This document shows positions 21,180 to 27,686 of a stretch of DNA of 32,000 bases, in pieces. A model generated the notes under the pieces. The model searched no databases and was not told the DNA's origin. It saw only the letters and a list, made by a program, of their open reading frames with translations. This DNA is from Faecalibaculum rodentium (lineage in GTDB: Bacteria; Bacillota_I; Bacilli_A; Erysipelotrichales; Erysipelotrichaceae): contig NZ_CP011391.1 of NCBI RefSeq assembly GCF_001564455.1, positions 1,020,001-1,052,000 of the forward strand, in the 5' to 3' direction. The position numbers were made by a program, and so were the translations under genes. Positions within the stretch are counted from its first letter, which is position 1. Each line of letters opens with the position of its first letter.

Positions 21180-21235
21180 AAAACCGGCAGATTTCTGCAT
21201 CAGCAGAACTGCCGGTTTTTTCGGCAAAAACCGGT
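21180..21235 (+). repeat. Right copy of the imperfect direct repeat bracketing the low-GC islet
   Basis: Collinear with 19395-19452. It has identical stem arms, a shared CTGCAT in the loop, a shared TTTTTC and a following AAAAA-CnGGT block. Confidence 0.65.
21183..21221 (+). terminator. Terminator after the lipoprotein gene
   Basis: Same 8-bp stem as the tyrS terminator: ACCGGCAG (21183-21190) / CTGCCGGT (21209-21216). A T-run to 21221 follows. Confidence 0.8.
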
Positions 21236-21349
21236 GCTGAACCGGGATGTTGCTTTTCGTTGCGTGTCAGAAGCCGGCAGTTGCTGATATAAACAGATAG
21301 AGCAGCCCGTGAAATGATCCCGGCTGCCACAAGCAAGGGAGGACCGGCC

Positions 21350-22228
21350 ATGATACAGGATACAATCAGAGATGCCAGAAAACAGGCGGGTATGTCACAG
21401 GAGGAACTGGCACTGCAGATGCATGTAGTCAGACAGACCGTATCCAAATGGGAGCGGGGCTTGTCGGTGCCGGACGCTTCCATGATTCCGGAACTCTCCC
21501 GGATTCTGCATGTACCGGTGAACCGGCTGCTGGAACTGGATGCGCAGGAAGGTCAGGATCCGGATATGAAAGCCAGTCTGGAGACCGCCCGGGCGAAACT
21601 GGAAGAAATGGACCGGGAGCGGAACCGGCAGAAACTCATCACGGGGAAGCGGGAACACATCCTGTTCCTGGCTTTCCTGAGCCTCATGATTGCCCTGGGG
21701 GTCCGCAATGAGATTCTATCGGCCGCCGGCATCAGTCTCTGCGCTCTGGGCAGTCTGGTGATCCTGTACAGAAACCTGCCGCTGATGACCGGTGCATCTT
21801 CAGCGTCTCCGGCGCTTTCCGCTTTCAGAACCGTCACGATATTTTCCATTCTCCTCATCCTTCTGATCACAGCGGGGATCATGGCGACAGAGACGGGATA
21901 CCTGCAGCTGTCGGTGCAGCAGGAGAATCTGGCAGCCTGGCTGCTGATCACTGTTCTGATGGTCTTCTGCGGGTGGATCTGCCCGAAGCTGTCCTGGAAC
22001 CGGTATGTGGGTCTTCGTCTGCCCTGGACGGTATCCCATCCGCAGACCTGGGCGCTGGCCCACCGCATTCTGGGCTGGATTTCACTGCCCAGCGCGGTTT
22101 TCTACACCGCCGCAGTCATGACACTGCCGGATTTTGGCGCAGTCTCGGCCACAGCTGTGATTCTGTGGGTTGCCGTACCCTCAGTGCTGTCTCTGGTTTT
22201 CTGGCTGAGAAAATACAGACACCAATAA
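21350..22228 (+). CDS. Membrane-anchored XRE-family HTH regulator fused to an SdpI-like integral membrane domain
   Basis: Start ATG 21350, 7 nt after AAGGGAGG. The N-terminal HTH_3 region is ARKQAGMSQEELALQMHVVRQTVSKWERGLSVPD. A charged coiled linker follows, then about six TM helices. KLSWNRYVGLRLPWTVSHPQTWALAHRILGW resembles the SdpI/YhfL-family signature (N..G.R.PWT...W...HR..G). Confidence 0.7.
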   Translation: MIQDTIRDARKQAGMSQEELALQMHVVRQTVSKWERGLSVPDASMIPELSRILHVPVNRLLELDAQEGQDPDMKASLETARAKLEEMDRERNRQKLITGKREHILFLAFLSLMIALGVRNEILSAAGISLCALGSLVILYRNLPLMTGASSASPALSAFRTVTIFSILLILLITAGIMATETGYLQLSVQQENLAAWLLITVLMVFCGWICPKLSWNRYVGLRLPWTVSHPQTWALAHRILGWISLPSAVFYTAAVMTLPDFGAVSATAVILWVAVPSVLSLVFWLRKYRHQ

Positions 22229-22335
22229 AGAAGACCCGTGGCTGCCAGCTGCTGTATTGCGGTCAAACCGGGCGGATTTCCGGATGAATTCCTCTACACT
22301 GAGTCTGTAAACATAGATCGATGGAGGTGAAGCGT

Positions 22336-22653
22336 ATGCTTACACAAATTGAATCGACAGAACAGTTTGAATCCGCAGTCAATGGCTACAGTCCGCTGCT
22401 GGTGGAATTTTTCCAGCCCTGGTGCAAGTACTGCCAGGCATTCTTTCCAACGCTGGAAGAATTTGCCGCACAAGGAACCATTCCGGTGATTCAGGTCTCC
22501 GGTGAGGAATTCCCGCAGATTTTTGATGCCTATGGCGTGGATTCCTATCCGACACTGATTGTCTTCCGCGGCGGACAGCCCTTCGCCAAACATGCAGGGT
22601 CCATGCCCATGGAAGAACTGAAGAACTGGGTTGAGGAAGCGCTTCAGGCTTGA
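22336..22653 (+). CDS. Thioredoxin-fold protein with atypical WCKYC active site
   Basis: 105 aa from ATG 22336, 6 nt after GGAGGTG (22323-22329). Motifs LVEFFQPWCKYCQAF and a cis-Pro region SYPTLIVF fit the thioredoxin layout. Confidence 0.8.
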   Translation: MLTQIESTEQFESAVNGYSPLLVEFFQPWCKYCQAFFPTLEEFAAQGTIPVIQVSGEEFPQIFDAYGVDSYPTLIVFRGGQPFAKHAGSMPMEELKNWVEEALQA

Positions 22654-22760
22654 ACCCGGCGGGAATTTCAGCAAAAGCTTTCTGTTTCGACAGCCATCCC
22701 AGGCGGAACCAGAGAGATTTGTTATACACCCAACCTGTATGAATTAACTGCATTCGCAAT

Positions 22761-22805
22761 AAAAGGCGCCCTCATGAACTGATACAGTTCACCGAAGGCG
22801 CCTTT
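22761..22805. terminator. Bidirectional terminator between convergent trx-like and radical SAM genes
   Basis: AAAAGGCGCC (22761-22770) pairs with GGCGCCTTT (22797-22805), with an inner TGAAC/GTTCA stem. An A-run lies on one side and a T-rich tail on the other. Confidence 0.7.
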
Positions 22806-22841
22806 CTTCTTTCCATATCTGAGGGTGACCGGCACAGACAT

Positions 22842-23849
22842 TCACTGTTCTGGTTTGTACCTCTTCCCCTGCCAGGAATCCCGACAGGCCAGCTCCCGGT
22901 CCACGGCATTCATTGTCACTCGTTTCTTGACTGTCCACTCCGGAGCCAGGAGATTGTCAGCCACACCGTCGCCGGTGATCCTCTCCACAACCATCTCCGG
23001 TGGCAGGATCTCGAGCTGGTCGCAGACAATCTGCACATACTCCTCCATGGAAAGAAGCGGGAAGGGGGACTGACGATAGTCCTGTCCCAGGGCACTGTCA
23101 GAAATCACATGCAGCATATGGATTTTCACCGCATCCGGTTTCAGCCTCGCCACCAGTCTGGCGGTCTCCATCATGTCCTCATGGCTTTCACCCGGGAGTC
23201 CGTTGATGATGTGCAGACACGTTCGAATCCCGGTTCCCTGCAGCTGCTTCATACAGGCAACAAGTATTGAGGTATTGTGACCCCGGTTCATGGCAGCCAT
23301 GGTGGCATCCCTGCCACTCTGCAGACCCATCTCGATCCAGACCGGCTTGACACGATTCATCTCTGACAGCCACAGGATCTTCTCTGCATCCAGACAGTCG
23401 GGCCTTGTGGCAATGGAAACTTCCGCCACATCCTCCCAGCTGAATACAGGCTCCAGTATCCGCCTGAGGTCCGGCAGCGGAGCATAGGTGTTGGAATAGG
23501 ACTGGAAATAGGCGATGGCAGATGCATCCGGCCATTTTTTCCGTGCTCTTTCCAGGCCCGCTTCGAACTGCAGCCGCAGATCTTCACCGGAATGCAGAAT
23601 CGTGTCCCCGGACCCCTGAGACGAACAGAAGCGACAGCCACCCCATCCCTTTGTTCCATCCCGGTTTGGACAGGTGAAACCTGCATCCAGAGGAATCTTG
23701 GCCAGCTTTTTTCCGTACTGCTGCTTCAGGGCATAGGAATAGGTGTGGTATCGCTTGTTTGTGTCTGAAAAAGGGAAGGGACTCAGTGTATGCCCTTCAG
23801 AAGGATGCCTGTTTTTTTCAGAAAGTTCATCTGTTTGCGTATGATGCAT
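22842..23849 (-). CDS. TIGR01212-family radical SAM protein (YtqA/YhcC-like)
   Basis: 335 aa. LDAGFTCPNRDGTKGWGGCRFCS is the characteristic CPNRDG...GGCxFC cluster region of this family. AGGAGG lies about 12 nt upstream. Confidence 0.85.
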   Translation of the reverse strand: MHHTQTDELSEKNRHPSEGHTLSPFPFSDTNKRYHTYSYALKQQYGKKLAKIPLDAGFTCPNRDGTKGWGGCRFCSSQGSGDTILHSGEDLRLQFEAGLERARKKWPDASAIAYFQSYSNTYAPLPDLRRILEPVFSWEDVAEVSIATRPDCLDAEKILWLSEMNRVKPVWIEMGLQSGRDATMAAMNRGHNTSILVACMKQLQGTGIRTCLHIINGLPGESHEDMMETARLVARLKPDAVKIHMLHVISDSALGQDYRQSPFPLLSMEEYVQIVCDQLEILPPEMVVERITGDGVADNLLAPEWTVKKRVTMNAVDRELACRDSWQGKRYKPEQ

Positions 23850-23996
23850 ACCAGGATCTGCCCTCCTTCCAGCTTCCGGGAGCTGATTCGATTTTACTCA
23901 GTATAGCCACAGCTTCCCTGATCGCGCAAATGCTCGTTGAGACCACCCATCCGAAAGTGCCCTGGGCAGGCCATCCGGGGTCCAGTGGACAGACAG

Positions 23997-24031
23997 CAAA
24001 AAAGGACCACCTGCATCTGCCAGGCAGTCCT
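23997..24031 (-). terminator. Terminator of the aroE/aroK-aroF operon
   Basis: Minus strand: AGGACUGCCUG, loop GCAGAUG, CAGGUGGUCCU (11 bp including two G-U pairs), then U6. Confidence 0.75.
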
Positions 24032-24150
24032 GGTATCAGGATTGATCAGCTGATCCCGTTCGTCTGTATCCCATCAATGACCGGAAAACAGCCGGCTTTG
24101 CCAGCATCCGCAGCGGGAGAACGATCCTGACACTGTTCCGAAAGCACGCC

Positions 24151-25164
24151 CTACAGACTTCGGCCAATGACCTCCGCGATCTTCCTGCCTTTTTCCACCA
24201 GCGAGGCGTAGTTTTCCGGCTTCAGCGACTGAGCGCCATCGGAAAGGGCATTCTGGGGATCGCAATGCACCTCTATGATCAGCCCGTCGGCACCGGCAGC
24301 GATCGCCGCCAGGGACACAGCCTCCACCAGCTTCCAGTCACCCGTTGCGTGGGAAGGATCGATCACGATCGGCAGATGGGTGCGTTCCTTGATGATGGGA
24401 ATCACTGACAGATCTAGGGTGTTCCGGGTGAATTTCTCGAAGGTCCGGATCCCGCGTTCGCAGAAGATCACATTCGGGTTGCCCTCCGACATGATGTATT
24501 CCGCGGCCATGATCCATTCTTCGATCGTGTTGGCCAGACCGCGTTTCAGCAGCACCGGCTTCTTTGTGCGTCCGACTGCTTTCAGCAAGTCGAAATTCTG
24601 CATGTTTCGGGCACCGATCTGAATGATGTCCACGTTTTCCACGAATTCATCCAGCTTGTCTGCCGACATCAGTTCTGTCACAACCGGCAGGCCGGTTTCC
24701 CTGCGGGCTTCAGTCAGAAGTTCGATTCCCTGGGTTCCCAGGCCCTGGAAGGCATAAGGCGAGGTCCGGGGTTTGTAGGCTCCACCCCGCAGCATATCCG
24801 CACCGGCATCCTTCACGGCCCGGGCAGCAGACAGGATCGACTCCCGGTTTTCCACCGCACAGGGACCGGCCATCATGATCACCTTGCTGCCGCCGATCTT
24901 CAGACCATTGACATCCACGATTGTATCCTCGGGATGGAACATCCGGTTGGCCAGCTTATAGGGCTGAGCCACGCGCTTCACATCATAGACGATGGGATTC
25001 GCCAGCAGGGACCGGTCGTCGATGACCGAAGTGTCGCCTACCAGACCAAAGACATCGTAGTTTTCGCCTACGATTTTTGTCGTCTTCAGACCCTTTTTCT
25101 CCAGGTTTTCAATCAGCCGTGAGACTTCCGCCTCAGGGGCTGTCTTTTTCAGTGTAATGATCAT
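24151..25164 (-). CDS. aroF: 3-deoxy-7-phosphoheptulonate (DAHP) synthase, type I-beta with an N-terminal regulatory domain
   Basis: 337 aa. Motifs GPCAVE, RGGAYKPRTSPYAFQGLG, IGARNMQNF and DPSH are diagnostic of the KDOPS-like DAHPS class. A roughly 70-aa N-terminal extension resembles the ferredoxin-like regulatory domain. Confidence 0.92.
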   Translation of the reverse strand: MIITLKKTAPEAEVSRLIENLEKKGLKTTKIVGENYDVFGLVGDTSVIDDRSLLANPIVYDVKRVAQPYKLANRMFHPEDTIVDVNGLKIGGSKVIMMAGPCAVENRESILSAARAVKDAGADMLRGGAYKPRTSPYAFQGLGTQGIELLTEARRETGLPVVTELMSADKLDEFVENVDIIQIGARNMQNFDLLKAVGRTKKPVLLKRGLANTIEEWIMAAEYIMSEGNPNVIFCERGIRTFEKFTRNTLDLSVIPIIKERTHLPIVIDPSHATGDWKLVEAVSLAAIAAGADGLIIEVHCDPQNALSDGAQSLKPENYASLVEKGRKIAEVIGRSL

Positions 25165-25306
25165 ATGTTCGGTTCCTTTCCTTTTATCTGTTTATCTGTA
25201 CTCTGTCTGCCTGTTTTTCAATCTTGTGATTCCGTTCAGGACCGCCGTTTTCCTCTTCCGGACTCGTCGTATCCCTCAGACTGTTCCGGATTTCGGCCGG
25301 ACTCTG

Positions 25307-26566
25307 TCATCCAGATGATGCAGGTCCATCGACTTGCAACCCCAGCGCCCGGCACACAGCTTCCAGTCCTTCTTGCAGACTGCCGTCATTGGTCACTGTC
25401 AGATCCGCCCAGGACGCATAGACAGGAGCCCGCCTTCCATACAGCGAGTCAAAGCCCTGTTTCAGCATCGGCCTGTCTGCATCCTCATGCACCATCAATG
25501 CGGGGTCGCGCTTCAGCCACAGGATGATGCCGTTGCGGTGAAGCAGATCCAGGTTCTCCGGCCGTTCGATGATGCCCCCGCCGCATGCGATCACCTGACC
25601 GGTGTCCAGGCCCGCCTGACGGGCAGCTTCCGTTTCCCGCCTCCGAAACCCGGCCTCCTGTTCCTGCCTGAATATTTCGGGGATGGACAGACCGGCAGCC
25701 GCTTCGATCTCTGCGTCCAGATCCGTAAAGGACAGACCCAGCGTTTGGGCCAGCCGTTTCCCCAACGTGCTTTTTCCGCAGGAAGACATCCCAATGAGGA
25801 CAATGTTCCGCCGCTGTCTCACAAGATCCGCCAGTACCTGTTCCGTGATGGCATCAGGCACCTGGACATCAAAGAAGATCTCATGAGCCCGCACCGCCTG
25901 CGTCACCAGCATCCGCAGACCGTTGTCATGGGGAATGCCCAGAGACCCGGCCTGCAGCAGCAGACGGGTCTTCAGCGGGTTGTAGACCAGATCGAACACA
26001 AATTCCAGCTGGTCAAACCCCGACAAGTCCAGTGCCTGGCTCTCCACATCCGGATGCATCCCAGCGGGGGTGGCATTGATCACCACCGCTGCATCCGGAT
26101 ACATCCGGGCTGCCTGTTCTGGCAGGACGCAGCCTTCCGCCTGCTTCCGGTAGACCGTCACCGGACGGCCACCCAGGGACTCGATCACCGCCTGTACAGC
26201 TGTGGCAGCTCCGCCACGTCCGAGCACCAGGACAGTTTTGTCCCTTACGTCAATCCCGGCATGTTCCAGAGTCGCCAGGATCCCCGCGCAGTCGGTGTTC
26301 TCGCCATACAGCCTTCCGCCGCGGTTGACCACACAGTTCACCGCCTGTGCCCGCTTCGCCAGATCCGATACCTCGTCACACGCAGCCAGAGCTGTCTTCT
26401 TGTAGGGAATCGTCACATTGATCCCCGAAAATTCCCGGGTCTCAAAAAATTCATCCACCCTGTCCCTGGGCACTTCCCGCAGAATGTATCTGTCGTTTCC
26501 AAGCCCGCTGTGAATCTGTTTTGAAAACGAATGGCCAAGGTGCTCGCCAATCAGTCCATACTCCAT
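25307..26566 (-). CDS. aroE/aroK: Bifunctional shikimate dehydrogenase / shikimate kinase fusion
   Basis: 419 aa. The N-terminal half is AroE-like (GLIGEHLGHSFSKQIH, NVTIPYKK, ENTDCAGI, VLGRGGAA). The C-terminal third is AroK-like (Walker A IGMSSCGKSTLGK, DLD, FRRRE, ACGGG). Confidence 0.9.
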   Translation of the reverse strand: MEYGLIGEHLGHSFSKQIHSGLGNDRYILREVPRDRVDEFFETREFSGINVTIPYKKTALAACDEVSDLAKRAQAVNCVVNRGGRLYGENTDCAGILATLEHAGIDVRDKTVLVLGRGGAATAVQAVIESLGGRPVTVYRKQAEGCVLPEQAARMYPDAAVVINATPAGMHPDVESQALDLSGFDQLEFVFDLVYNPLKTRLLLQAGSLGIPHDNGLRMLVTQAVRAHEIFFDVQVPDAITEQVLADLVRQRRNIVLIGMSSCGKSTLGKRLAQTLGLSFTDLDAEIEAAAGLSIPEIFRQEQEAGFRRRETEAARQAGLDTGQVIACGGGIIERPENLDLLHRNGIILWLKRDPALMVHEDADRPMLKQGFDSLYGRRAPVYASWADLTVTNDGSLQEGLEAVCRALGLQVDGPASSG

Positions 26567-26605
26567 TGCATTGCCGCCTCCTGTCAGGACCTGAATCCAG
26601 TCCGC

Positions 26606-26636
26606 AAAAAAGGCATTCCGAATCCAGAATGCCTTT
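26606..26636 (-). terminator. Leader terminator T2 upstream of aroE/aroK
   Basis: Minus strand: AAAGGCAUUC, loop UGGAUUCG, GAAUGCCUUU, then UUU. The stem is a perfect 10 bp, and 40 nt separate it from the ATG. Confidence 0.75.
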
Positions 26637-26637
26637 G

Positions 26638-26685
26638 AAAAAACGCCTGAACAAAATCACCGGACTGTGCCGATGTGTTCAGACG
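26638..26685 (-). terminator. Leader terminator T1 upstream of aroE/aroK
   Basis: Minus strand: CGUCUGAACA ... UGUUCAGGCG (10 bp, one G-U pair; an inner CAUCGG/CCGGUG stem), then U6. The stem starts directly after the mini-ORF stop codon. Confidence 0.7.
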
Positions 26686-26718
26686 TCAGATAAATCGAAA
26701 ATACTGAAACATGTTCAT
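26686..26718 (-). CDS. Candidate leader peptide MNMFQYFRFI (10 codons, 3 Phe and 1 Tyr)
   Basis: ATG AAC ATG TTT CAG TAT TTT CGA TTT ATC TGA on the minus strand. The ATG lies 6 nt after the TAGACT -10 and has no SD. Confidence 0.35.
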   Translation of the reverse strand: MNMFQYFRFI

Positions 26719-26724
26719 GACGCC

Positions 26725-26753
26725 AGTCTACTCAATCTGAAAACTGTTTTCAA
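26725..26753 (-). promoter_or_regulatory. Candidate promoter of the aro leader
   Basis: Minus strand: TTGAAA (26753-26748), 17-nt spacer, TAGACT (26730-26725). Confidence 0.5.
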
Positions 26754-26899
26754 CCCCAACTTTGAATTTTCATAAAAGATTTTCATACCACTGTATCTTG
26801 TCCCTTCCATGCCGATGACGGCTGTGCAGTCCTGAAGCTTCCACCATTCTGATTCTGCCTTGCATCACTCCAGGCTGCATTCTCCGGACGTATTCGGGA

Positions 26900-26928
26900 T
26901 TGAAAACCACCCCTGATTGTGATGTGAT
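26900..26928 (+). promoter_or_regulatory. Candidate aroD promoter (predicted leaderless)
   Basis: TTGAAA (26900-26905), 17-nt spacer, TGTGAT (26923-26928), then GAGACC and ATG 26935. No SD. An in-frame TGA at 26920-26922 excludes an upstream start. Confidence 0.4.
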
Positions 26929-26934
26929 GAGACC

Positions 26935-27630
26935 ATGATTACAATCGTACCGTTGTTTGTAGATGACACTGAAACATTTCAGAGCGCCTTTGAAGAAGCG
27001 GTCCATTCCCGCTGTGACTGGATTGAACTGCGTCTGGACAGGGCATTGAATGATCTGGATCCATTCCGGCTTCTGGAGATCCTGGCTGTCCTGGATCCCG
27101 GGGACAAAAGACTGCTGTATACCATTCGCACGGACAGGGAAGGGGGAGAGATCTCCCTGACAGATACAGAGTACAAAGAACTGGTCCGTCATCTGTGCAG
27201 GCTGAATGGACTGGTGGATGTGGAGCTCTCGCGTCTGGACCACGAGGAACCGCTGGCCTCTTTCAGCAACCCGGAACAGACTGTCCTGTCCTTTCATGAC
27301 TTCGATCAGACCCCGGCGGACCTGGATGTCATCTGGCATGCCATGGAGACGCACCATCCCCTGGTCCAGAAACTCGCCATTATGCCCCGTGATAAACAGG
27401 ATGTGGACCGGCTGCTGGAAAGCTGCCGTCAGCACCGGACAGAGTCAAGGAAAATTGCCATCGCCATGGGGGAACAGGGGACTGTCTCCAGACTCTGGGG
27501 AGATGCCTGGGACAGCTTTGCTGCCTTCTGCACCCTGTCGCAAAGCAGTGCACCCGGGCAGCTTTCTCTGGAAGAATGGCTTGTCAAGCGAACCGGAAAA
27601 AATGGCCCCTCAGACGGCACAAACTGTTAA
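26935..27630 (+). CDS. aroD: 3-dehydroquinate dehydratase, type I
   Basis: 231 aa. Motifs WIELRLD, YTIRTDREGGE, LSFHDF, KLAIMP (Schiff-base Lys region), AIAMGEQGTVSR and APGQL match type I DHQase. Confidence 0.88.
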   Translation: MITIVPLFVDDTETFQSAFEEAVHSRCDWIELRLDRALNDLDPFRLLEILAVLDPGDKRLLYTIRTDREGGEISLTDTEYKELVRHLCRLNGLVDVELSRLDHEEPLASFSNPEQTVLSFHDFDQTPADLDVIWHAMETHHPLVQKLAIMPRDKQDVDRLLESCRQHRTESRKIAIAMGEQGTVSRLWGDAWDSFAAFCTLSQSSAPGQLSLEEWLVKRTGKNGPSDGTNC

Positions 27631-27686
27631 TTGAAGATGAATAATACCGGCGGTGGTATACTGAAATCACCAAGGAGGTATCTCAT

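Noticed and set aside
25334-26524. 396-aa plus-strand ORF antisense to aroE/aroK. The same applies to 18146..19123 (antisense to tyrS), 6142..6861 (antisense to the phosphatase) and 16626..17363 (antisense to the TPR gene).
   Set aside because: These are shadow ORFs typical of GC-biased codon usage. The opposite-strand products carry clear family motifs and these do not.
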